Part shown: positions 47,601-57,900 of the stretch, piece by piece
How the letters are laid out: each line of letters starts with the position of its first letter
Position numbering within the stretch: the first letter of the stretch is position 1
Origin: Rhodanobacteraceae bacterium
GTDB lineage: Bacteria > Pseudomonadota > Gammaproteobacteria > Xanthomonadales > SZUA-5
Direction of reading: 5' to 3'
Assembly: GCA_031409855.1 (NCBI GenBank)
Contig: JANNYA010000226.1
Coordinates: 5,192 to 69,191 of the forward strand
DNA length: 64,000 nucleotides
Translations under genes and position numbers: made by a program
The notes under the pieces: generated by a model
The model's input: only the letters and a program-made list of their open reading frames with translations
Database searches by the model: none
What the model was told of the DNA's origin: nothing

Positions 47601-48934
47601 GACAAACCCACGAAAGGGTTGTCCTGTTCGCTCAGCTCAGCTGAAATTGATGTGGTCAGCCCGGAATTTCCGGCATCATCGTGGGTGCCCATCCAGCCGG
47701 ATTTGGCCCCGCGCATTTCCGCTTCAAGCTCGATGACAAAACTGGTGGCGTCGGAAAAGCGATCCTCAGGGCTTTTTGCCAACGCTTTTTTCAACACTGC
47801 ATCCACGCGCTCTGACAGCTGCGGGGAAAACTCACGCACACTCGGTGGCGGCTGATTTAGATGTTGATAGATGATTGCCTCGCGCGTGCTGCCAGAAAAT
47901 GGCCGCCGCCCGGTAAACAGCTCAAACGCCAGCAGCCCGAGCGCGTAAATATCACTGCTCGCGTTGACCACAGTGCCGCGCAGCTGTTCGGGTGAGCAAT
48001 AGGCGATGGAACCTACAATCTCGCCAATTTGCGTGCGTCCACTATCGTTATCTAGTTTTTTCGCCACGCCAAAATCAGCCAGACAGCAATTACCTAGTTC
48101 ATCCAGCAAGACATTGGCAGGCTTGAGATCGCGATGCACGACACAAGCTTTGTGCGCGGTGCTCAGCGCCATCGCAACTTGACGCAAAATGGCCAGCGGA
48201 TTTGCCAGCGGCGTTGCTTTTTGCAGCGCTTGCGCGAGCGAGCCGCCCTTGAGCAGGCGCATCACCATAAAAGCAGCACCCGGTTCGCGCCAAAAATCAT
48301 AGAGCGGCACAATGCACGGGTGTTCAAGCTGGTCGACGAGCTCAGCTTCCGCTTCGAAGCGACAAATGAATTCGGGATCGTCGGCAAGCTCGGGATTAAT
48401 CACCTTAATCGCGACATCGCGCCCAACGCTGAGCTGCCTAGCGCGAAACACCGAACCAAAACCGCCTCGGCCGATTTCCTCGTCAAAGCGGTAGCCGCGT
48501 CGGGTCGTGCCGAGCAGGTGCACTTCGGCGTTCTGCGCTGGGCCAGCCAACGTGTGTTCTGCCAGGAAATCTGGTGCAACGTTGCCCGCAAAAGACTTGG
48601 CTGATGCCGGCTCGTGCTGGATCAGCGTAGTTGCACCGTCGTAGTCCGTGGCAAACCGTGCACTGTTGCGCGGCACCACGCGCGGAAAATGCCTTGGCGC
48701 ATCGGTTAAAAGCTGTTCATCTGCAAGCACATTCGCTAAGCGCGCCTGCACTTCTGGCTCAGGCTCAAGCTCAGCTTGCTCAAGCTTGCGCAACAAAAGC
48801 AAGACCACCTCAGCACGCTTGGCTAGCTCTTGCTGCGTAAGCCCCAACCGCGCACGTGCTGCGATCAAACGGCTAGCAAAACTCTCAGTGCCAGCTGGAT
48901 TAAAGGGGTGAATAGAGGTGGACAGTATCGACAT
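44651..48934 (-). CDS. HTH(XRE-like) - Hanks Ser/Thr kinase - STAND P-loop NTPase (nSTAND/NACHT-like) - TM - TPR multi-domain signalling protein
   Basis: The HTH is RLIAARARLGLTQQELAKRA (about 48719-48880). The kinase has IGRGGFGSVF, VAIKV, HRDLKPANVLL, DFGVAK and CSPEQ (about 47720-48496). The STAND N-terminal signature is NPFVGLSAFDESNARQFFGRE. Walker A is VVGASGSGKSS (47450-47473) and Walker B is LLLVIDQFEELF (47195-47224). The TM helix is RWIAALLSLILAVAVWQT (46061-46114). About 440 aa of TPR-like repeats follow to the C-terminus. Confidence 0.85.
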   Translation of the reverse strand: MSILSTSIHPFNPAGTESFASRLIAARARLGLTQQELAKRAEVVLLLLRKLEQAELEPEPEVQARLANVLADEQLLTDAPRHFPRVVPRNSARFATDYDGATTLIQHEPASAKSFAGNVAPDFLAEHTLAGPAQNAEVHLLGTTRRGYRFDEEIGRGGFGSVFRARQLSVGRDVAIKVINPELADDPEFICRFEAEAELVDQLEHPCIVPLYDFWREPGAAFMVMRLLKGGSLAQALQKATPLANPLAILRQVAMALSTAHKACVVHRDLKPANVLLDELGNCCLADFGVAKKLDNDSGRTQIGEIVGSIAYCSPEQLRGTVVNASSDIYALGLLAFELFTGRRPFSGSTREAIIYQHLNQPPPSVREFSPQLSERVDAVLKKALAKSPEDRFSDATSFVIELEAEMRGAKSGWMGTHDDAGNSGLTTSISAELSEQDNPFVGLSAFDESNARQFFGREAMIECLLDRLRESVEARAQGLSRALFVVGASGSGKSSVVRAGLIPALRAGQIKGADRWLISTFMPGAQPLQALQAALLRVASIAPDGLDALMQERTGFSRAIDRSLAPGTELLLVIDQFEELFTLCTDTSERELFIAQLCNALLEPYSRLRAVFTLRADFLDRPLQHVDLAELLRARTEMIPAMTMEELERAIVGPAKRAGLVFEPGLVAAILADMGGQASALPMLQYSLAELFRRRAGFELTLSAFRQMGGIRGALANRAQSTFEALDAPAQLATQQLFLRLTTLGEGREDTRRRAFLHELNALFTDPTPLQKAINAYSDARLLSHDRDQASALIANEFQGERLATVEVAHEALLRSWPLLQDWLAGSRADLRLQRQLAEATKQWQEAPAEGKDAAGFLASSARLAQYLPVRERGLVRLTEPETQFLDASFAHEQAAAEMARERNERELMQAQALAEQERKIARAALERADADSRSKRRLRWIAALLSLILAVAVWQTARLNERGKALQVQTDRANVEARSANALSEFWRSLFATADPNQAKGRDPTVKEVLELGIDKAALLSETPAVQAKLLLQMSQSLRSLGKLERSLAALDQAQKALGILQQDRTQAELVSELGLERGRILADLARPEEALAVLERVRAMQAENRAAPLARAVTMNIIASIYNDQNRYAEAAPLLEQTLALRQNGASEVDIVTAHNNLGFALLQMGRAKDARLHFLAVLEKRQKLLGPLHTELAIAQMNLGNVERDLGQFSAARTHYDAAEVILRKLLDATQPHPLFASLATNRAACAMLERDLPRAERLYQSAWAAQKAMFGVDSPQQSGALLGLGRLALLNAHSDTELAAARTTLAQALAFAQTRVGERHPSLAAAAARLAEVNLRLNDRAESQRWLEFGESVIATADARDLRLRTERAALRMLAADLASDAAQKRALLAQAQTLLEPAKDLARARELLTELQQRLRQTAPR

Positions 48935-48980
48935 TGCGCGAGCTTAGCCCATGCGCATTACCCTGAACACCACGGGCAAC

Positions 48981-51900
48981 TTACCGAACCCGCATTGCCG
49001 GATCCCCAAACAGCGTAATTGAATAATTCGATTCCATATGTTCCGGCGCATTCGTTGCTAAATCTGCCTTCGCCGCCTGCAATGACTCGCCTAAGGTATT
49101 AATTGCCACGCCGCCGCGATCATCAATACGGCCATCCTCGATCAGATCAAAAAAGCGTGTGCCCAGTGCCAAATGGCTGGCGTCTTCCGCCAAGCTGGTC
49201 GAGCCGATTACCGCTGCCGCCAGTTGATTGCTGCGCAGCATCAGCGCGTGGCTCATGGTGTCAAGATTCGGCATCACGAAATAGCTGTTCCAGCAGCCCC
49301 ACTGGCTGACGATGGCGGGCAAGCCGCTGCGCTGTAGGCTTGCTAACTGCGTGGTGTCGAGCAGATTTTGCGCAGCCCAGCGATTCGGGCTGGAGTGGCC
49401 GAGATAGTTGATCCAATCGCTGCCGCCTGCTAACGCGGCTTTGGCGGAAATTCGCGCATCGTTGATGCCAATCTCATCGCTCAAACCAAACTCCACGGTT
49501 TGATTTTGACGTAGATAACTCAGCAGTGCGCGGCTGTGCACGGCGAAATGTTCGCTAGCATTGGAGCCGCCCGCGCTGGCGAAAAATTTGGCTGCGGGTG
49601 TATCGCCGCGCTGCACGATTGAGCTGATAGCGCGGCGTAGCTCTTCCACCGTGCGCGCCGGAATGCGCCCGAGCGCGCGCTCAGGAATGCCATCGCTGTT
49701 GGCATCCGCAAATAGTGCATCGCTGGCGGCAAAACGCACGATCAGGCTAGCCACGCGATAAAAGGTAGGAAGATAACTTTGTGAGCCAGCGCCTAAATTG
49801 TCGTCATAGTCGTAACTATCACCACCGACCAGCAGCACGAACTTGGGATTGACTTGCGCTATTGCTTCGCGAATGGCTTGTGGGCTGCGTTGATGCGCGC
49901 TGCTTGCGGCATAGATCGCGTCGGTGCGCATGACTTTCACGCTGTAGCCTCGGCTTTGCTGTAGCGCGATTATTGGTGCCAATTCGGCCTCAAATAGCGG
50001 ATGCGTGACGATCAAATAATCTACCGGGGCAAAGTCGATTTGCGGCGCTGCGGCTGGCGCAAGCGCAGGCGTTTGCAGGTGCGCCAGATCACTGACATAC
50101 GCAGCGCTCACGCGAAGGTCGAGCGCGGCATTCGCAGCCACTTGATCGCGCTTAATCGTGCCATCAACTTGGCTCCAGATCGTGCTGGCGGTGTTGATGC
50201 CGGTGAGCGCAAAGCCGCTGACGGACTCAAAACTATTTCGCATCAGCGCATCGCCCGCGCTGTTGGCGCTGAAGCTGCCGAACGCCAATTCGCCGTCGCT
50301 CATGCTGGTGCTGCGCGTGTAGCTGACGCTAAAACCATCCAGCAGCACAACATCGGCGGCGTAGCCGGTATCGCCCAACACGCGCAGAGTCAGCGTGTTA
50401 TTTGCCTGCAGCTGGGCCGCGCTTAAGCTCAGCGTGATCGTTTGTAAGCTCAGGCCATCAAAACGGCGCTCGGCGATTGTTTCGCCGTTGAGCAAGAGCG
50501 CAACGCTGTGATCTGGCGTGTTGCCCGGGTAGTCAAGTCCGCCCCACAAATTCACTTTCAAATTCACCGCGCCGACAGTGCGCGCGGGCAAGCTAAAGCT
50601 GCGTGTCAATGCAACCGGTGCTGTGGTCGCGACTAGGCGTTGGTCAAACCAAGGGTCGTTACCCGGTGCGCTAAAAGTATATTCGCGATTCGGCGCTTGT
50701 TTGATTTCGGCACTCACGGTGCGCGCAAGCACAGCGCCATCAACAACCGCGCCAGAGCCCACATTTTGCGCCGCTGCCGCATCGTGCTTGATTTCATAAA
50801 CTCGTTCGCTGCCGTACAAGCTTGGCCGCGTGCTCGCAAGCCATTCCACGCTGCAGCCGGGGCCAAACGTTGCGCTTAAGCAATCGACAAAGCGCGGCAC
50901 AGGCACACTATTTTCTATGACCGCGATCTCGCCCGTATTTACGCCGCTAGCAAAACCCGCCGCGCTCATTTGCGCAAAGCTCACGCGTTGAATACCGGTT
51001 TTGCGCACGCTGGCAAGCACCGACGTCGCAGCCGTTCCGCGCGCACTGCGCACCGGCGTGGCGGCATTTGAGGCGCGAATTGCGGCCCAATTCAGCGGTT
51101 GATCGAGCGCTGGTGCGCCTACCGAGGCAGCGCCATTGGCGTCTGGTTTGATTTCTGGGTGAAAGCGCGAAACGCCTGTTAAATCAATATCTTCCAGACG
51201 AATTTCGGTGATGCCAGCGGCTTCAACAGTGCGCTGATAGGACTTCGCTGACATGCCATCGCCAGTACGATTGACAATCAAATCCTCATGCAGCGCGCGC
51301 CAGTCTTTCGTGCTATCCGCCCTGCCCCACAACCGATAACCCAAATGCCCGGCTTCGGTGGCGCTGCCAAATTGCACATTGAGCTGGGTGCCCGAACGGG
51401 TGGTGTTGACGAACGCTAGGCTGACGGGTGTGGTGGCAAACTCGCCACCAAAAATCGCAGTGCCGACAGTTTCTAGCGTGGTGTGACTGCGATCCGAACT
51501 TAGATCCGCATCTTCATCCACCCGCACCGTCATACTGACATTGGTGCCGCTCGCATTGCCCAAAGCGCAGCGCCGCAGCCAGCCGCCGTCATCCTCACCA
51601 CGGCTCATCAAGCCCGCAAAACCACGCAAATTCGCAGCCACCGTCGCGGTGCCCGCCGGGAACGCCAAATCAATGATCGAGCAGCTGCCGTTCACCACAT
51701 TGGCACTACTGATACTGGCACTGGTCGCAAGGCCAACCAAGCTGCCACCGGAAACCGCTAGCTGCGTGGAAACACCGGATTCAATCGCGATATAGCCAAT
51801 GGTTTCCGGGTTGAGCAGGCCGGGAATCGTGCCACCCGTATCGTCTGAGCTGGAACTTTCCAGCGCCGCTTCAAAACCGCTGCTGGACGCGTTGCGTATC

Positions 51901-54900
51901 GCCGTGGTTAGCCAAATTCTGGACACGCCGTTCAACGCCGGAATCCCGGGCAATGCGGGTACATTCAAGTTGCTGCCTTCATTCGGCAAACCCCAGCTTT
52001 GCAGCGTGCTCAACACCACCGGTGTCGCGCTAAAGTCAAAGCCCGCAAGTGTCGGGAAGTTCACGGTTTCCCAGCCCGCCGTTGGGTAACCCGCAAAACC
52101 GCCAAAGGTCGTGGCGCGTTGACTAGCTGAGCTGAGCACACTGCCAACTTTGACTAGCACGCCCGTGCCAGGAACATTAGGTGCAAGGCCGCGCATCGCC
52201 ACATCATTCGGTAAGCGATAGCTGCCCGGCAAAGCCGCCAACCAATGCACCGACATCGTGCCACCCGCACCCGTACAGCCGGCGCAACCTTGCGGCTCGA
52301 CTTGCGAGACATCGAAACTGCTGGCGTTGATATTGCTCAAGCGCACGGCTTTAGGATCGGCGTCGGTGTTATCCGGCTGCACAATCACAATTGGCGTGGC
52401 GCTAAAAGGCTGCGGGAAAAACACGCGCGTGGCGGCGTTTGCACCGGCACCGGTGGCGGGCAAAGTAATTGCGCCGACCGCCAATTTACGGCTCACCGGT
52501 GGCGTGCTGGTGCGTGCGATGAAATTGCCGATGGCGTACACCAAATCGGTGGCCTCACCCCCCATGTTAATGGTGGCGACTGTCGTCATGCCAAGTGTTT
52601 CCAGCACGGTCATGGTGCCATTGTTATTGCCGACGTAAACGCGACTACCGTTCGGGTGTATATCGACCCCTAGTGCCTTGCCGCCAGTGCTGCCGGTGGC
52701 AAGCACGCTTAAGCTCGCGGCGTCGATTTGCGACACGGACAACCCGTTGAAATTGCTGGCATAAATTCGCGTGCCATCGCTACTCACATTGACCGCAAGC
52801 GGTGTGTTGCCGATGCTGGCGCTGCCAACAATGGTATCGGTGGCGGTATTGAGCGCGGTCAAGCGCCCGGTGGCCTGACCATTGACGAAATACACACGGC
52901 TGCCATCTGGACTGATCGCCAAAGCATGACTGGTTGTTGCCACGTTCACTTGCGTGACCACGTTGCCTGGCAAGCTAACCACAGAAACATTCGTGGTGTT
53001 TGCGCTGCCGACATAGAGCTTGCTGCCATCGGGCGTGACGGCTAAACCCGTTGGTGCCGCGGCCACGCCAAACGTTGCCAGCACAGTATTGCTAGCGGTA
53101 TCAATCACCGACACTGTGCTGGCATTGCGATTGCTGACATACAGCCGCGTGCTGTTCGCCGATACCACGCCGCTCCAAGGCCCGGCACCCACGGCAATCG
53201 AAGTAATCAGGGTTTTCGTGGCGGTATTAATCACCTTCACGCTATTGCTTGCCTGATCAATGGCATAAGCGCGCAGGCCATTGGGCGCTACCGCCGCACC
53301 GATACCGGCACCACCGCTAATCGAATGGGTAATGCTGTTGGTGCCCAAATCCAGCACCGCCATTTGTCCGGTGTTATTGCGCGGCACATACGCAAAGGGG
53401 CCAACCAGCGTTTGCCCGCCCGGCGTGACGCTGTTGGAGGCTTGCGATGCGACACTATCGCCAACCGAATTGCGCGCGATCACAGTGCAACTCACCGGGA
53501 CGCCATTCGCCAGCCCTGTCACGGTGACCGGTGCTGTGTTGCTAAAGATGCTGGATGCGCCGCAGGTCACGGTATAGCCAATAATCGCGGCACCGCCGTT
53601 GTCGCTTGGTGCAATGAAACTCAAACGCACTTCGCCATTGCCAGCGGTGGCGGTGCCAATGTTTGGCGCACGCGGCACGATCGGTAAAACCGTGTGGATC
53701 ACCGCAGGCGAAACTGACGCACCGTGGCGTAAATCACCGCTGAAAGTCGCGGTTAAAGTTTTTGCCCCGACCGTCGTTGGCGTCAACAAGCATTGCCCAA
53801 GCCCGGTACCGTTCGTCATTGTACCTTCGCAGAAATCGGTGCCATCGCTAATGCGCATGCTGCCGGTGGTTGGTGCATTGCCACTGCTGGGGAGAACTTC
53901 GGCCTGAACTAAATACGCTTGGTCACGCGGCGAGGGGTTCGGTGCGTGGGTGATGATCGTGTTGGTGGTGGCAATCGGCGCGCTCAATGTGTATCGGTTC
54001 AAAAACACATCGCTCAGCGCGTCATTATTAGCGGCAATTAAATTGCTGCTATCGCTGCTAAACACGAGTTCACCGGTATCAGAAATGGCACGCGCGCTCA
54101 TTGTGGACAGGGCATTCGCTTGCGTTCCCAATTCGGTCATCGAGCCGCGCGCAATGGTGCCGGTCACCTGATCTTTCACGAACGCATCCGCGAGCCCATT
54201 GCTGTCGCCGCTGACCAAGTTGGTCATGGCGCAAACAAAGCCTAGGTTGCGCCCGTTGCTGCTGATTGAAGGCGCGCTGCAATCGCCGCCCAGCCCTTCG
54301 GCGCCGCCTGCATCGGTGCTGACGCGGGTGGTGGTATTGAGCGTTAAATCACGGACAAAAATATCGGTCACGCCGTTGCTGTCGCCAGCCACCAAATTGC
54401 TGGCGGCTGAGCTAAACGCGACAAAGCGGCCATCGTGGCTAAGTGCGGGGCTATCGCTTGCTGCGTTTGCCTGCGCCCCGAGCGTTGAGATACTGACGCG
54501 CACAAGTGTGCCGTCGCTTAGGGTTTTTACATAGATATCGCGCACGCCGTTGCTATCGCTGGCGATCAAGTTGGTCGATTCAGAAACGAACGCCACGCGG
54601 CTGGCGTCATCGCTGATTTGCGCGCTCAGGTTATTGCCATCGCCCAATCCGCCAGCAGCGTTGGTGCTGATGATTGTGGTGGCGTTGGTGCTGCGGTTTT
54701 TCAGGAACACATCTTCTCTCAGATTGTTGTCACCCGCGACCAAAGTGCTATCGGCGCTGTGGAAAATGACTAGATTGCCATCGCTGCTGATCGAGGTGCC
54801 TGCGCGCAACGCCGTACTGCTGATCTGTGTGCCCGCGCTGCTGGAGCTGACTAGATCAATCGTGCCAGTCACGCGCTGCTTGACGAACACATCGAATGCG

Positions 54901-57900
54901 CCGTTGCCATCGCTGGCCACCAAATTGCTGGCGGTACTGCGAAAGACCACCGACAGGCCATCGCCGCTAACGGTCGGGAAATCGCTAGCGGCATTGGCCG
55001 CCACCGCGCTCGCGCTTTGACTGATGCGGATGTTGCTGCCATCGTTTCGGTCGGTCAGGAAAACATCGCTGGACAGATTGGTATCGCCATTGATGAGCGT
55101 GCTGGACGCTGACGAATAACTAACAAAGCGGCCATCGCGGCTAATGCTGGCATCCATACTTGCGCCCTCGCTGCGTGCGCCAGGATTGGCGGCACTGGCA
55201 CGCACGCTGGCAACGCTCAAGCGATCCCGCACAAATATATCCACCTGCGCATTGCTGTCATTTGCCACCAAATCAGTCGCCGCAGACTGATAGCTAATGA
55301 ATCTTCCATCGGCGCTGATTGCGGGGAATTCGCTCAGTCCACTCAAGGTTTGCGTGCCATTCGCCAACACATTGATGCGTGTGGTCGCATTGGTTTGCCG
55401 ATCTTTGAGAAAGATATCGCTTAAAACGTTGGTATCACCTGGGACCAGATTATTTGCACTGCTGTAGAAAGCAATATAGCGCGCATCGCTGCTCATGGAT
55501 GCCAGCTGCGAGCCTGCCACACCATACACACCGGTGCTATTAGTGCTCACCATCGCAATCGCGCCGGTATTCATATCTTTCAAAAAAACGTCGTAGTTGT
55601 TGTTGACGTCATTGACTACCAAGCGCCGATTCAGCGAACTAAACGCGACATAGCGGCCATCGGCACTGATGGCGGGGCGGCCAAAACTCGGATCTGTGGG
55701 GTTTGCCCCGCCAACACCAGCGGCGTCGACGCTAACAATTTGGATCGCGCGGGTGAGTCGATCTTTGCGAAAAATGTCCACGGTATCGTTGCTGTCGCCA
55801 ACGTAAAAATTGAACGCCTGCGACTGGAACGCGACATAGCGGCCATCGGCACTCAGCACCGGATTGAAACTGCGAAAGTCGCCTAAAACGTCCGCGCTGT
55901 TGCTGCTGACGATATCGAGCGTGTTGCCCAGCAAGTCACGCACATAAATGTCATTGTGGATGCTGGTGTCACTGGGTAAAAGTTGCCCACCGGTTTGAAA
56001 CGCGACAAAGCGGCCGTCGGCGCTTAAACTTGGTGCCAACTGGTCAAAACCTGCACCCGTATTTGGCGTGCTGTCTTGGTTGCCGTTGGACTTCAGCGTG
56101 GCGCGCACGATGCTGCCGTCGCTTAAGTCTTTAACAAAAACATCGACCACATTATTGGTATCGCCAGACACCAAATTGCTAGCTAACGAACTAAATGCAA
56201 CAAAACGGCCATTCGCGCTTATCACAGGCTCAGCGCTGGCACCGTCGCTTTGCAGGCCGCCAGCGCTGGTACTAATTCGACGCACTAGACCGCTGCGCTG
56301 ATCGCGAATGAAAATATCCCGCAGCGCATTGCTATCATTAAGCACCAAGTCGCTGGCGCTGCTCGCAAAGACTACAAAGCGGCCATCCCCACTTAAGCTG
56401 AGCGCGTTGTTCACCGATGCACCGTTGCTTTCGCTGTAGCCCAATCGCGGGTTTGAAATAAGCACTGGGTAGCTTTCCGGCAAAACCGTTTGCACTACGG
56501 GTATTGAGGTACGCGGCGCATAATTTGCATCGCCCGGCCAGTTTGCGATCAAATTGCGCGCACCTGACGTGCTGGCGCTCCAGAAACATTGATTCGCAGG
56601 CAGCACGATCAGGCATTGATCGACGCCATCGCTGACCGTGATCGTGCCGGTTGGCGCTGGCGTGCTTAGGAAACTTGACACGTCCAAATCCACCGTAATG
56701 TGCACGCCTTGGCGCAAGCGGCTGGTAGCAGGCATATTGCGGACAATGGCAAAGTTCGCGACCGCTTGCGTGGCGGACACCTGACTGGCTGCCCAAATGC
56801 CGCTGGCGCTGTAGCTGGCAGTCAAGCTGCGCGTGCCAGCACGCAATGGCTGCAGCGTGCAGCTGCCTACTTCAGCTGCAGTCCCAACTAAAGCGACGCT
56901 ACAGCGCGCGGTTAATGGATCACTGGCTGGGCCGTCAAGAACCTGCACCGCGCCGCTTGGGAAATCGCCCAAATCCGGCGTTTCCCGCACGTTGAGTTGC
57001 ACCACAACCGGTGCCAGCGGCAGCGAAGGATTCGGCAAATTGCTGCTGATGCTGGTGGTTGTAGCGCGGCCGGCATTGACCAGATGACTGGTGCTCGCCA
57101 TTGCCGCCGGATGCGCGCCATCGCCGGAATAACACAGCTGCAGCGTCTTGTTGCCGACGCTGTTAAAGCTGATGGCGCAACTATTGCCGGGCAAAGTCAC
57201 CGTGCACTGATGCGCCGGATCAATCGGCGCACTGGCGCAATCGACAGCCTCTTTTACTGTGACGGTGCCAGTGGCAGAGGCGGCTGGATTTCCCGCTGGC
57301 GGCGCTAAAGTCCAACTCAAGGTGATCGGTGCACCATTGACCGACGGATCAGGTGTGTCATTGATGGCGCTGAACTCCACCGCGCCAGTGCTGATGTGGG
57401 TTTCGCTGTCGCTACCGCCATCAAAACCACCGTAGCCCAAGTAATCTGCCACCAGAGTTTTATTGCCGGTGCGCAACGGCGTCAAAATACATTCGCCGAT
57501 TTCGCCCGGTGTACCCAAAAGTGTCATCGTACAAAAAGCTGTTGTTGCCTCGTGGCGCGGGCCATCGCGCACTTCTACTAAACCTTTTGGCAAGGCCGCA
57601 ATCGGGTTGCCCGCGGTTTTGACCACCTGCGCGCGCACCGTGATCGGCGCTAGCAAACTCGAAGAATCGGGCAAGTCCGAAATGATGGTGGTGACGGTGT
57701 TTGGGCCGGGGCTCATGTACCAATTGACCGCCGGGTTAAAACGTATTCGCGCTTCAAACAGCGCCCAGTGATTTGGCGTTGCGGTGGATAACCTAAAGCT
57801 GCCCAAACTCGTCGTTGCAAATCCAGTGGAGTTATCAAAGCGCACCGCGATGGAGCAGGCAACGCCCTGTGGATTGACCACTCGGCCACGATATACCAAT

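Noticed and set aside
53990-56410. Whether the 14 PD40-like repeats are a nucleotide-level repeat array (assembly collapse or hypervariable cassette)
   Set aside because: The repeats are recognisable at the protein level only. Codon usage and sequence differ substantially between units, so they are ancient, diverged blades rather than recent DNA repeats.
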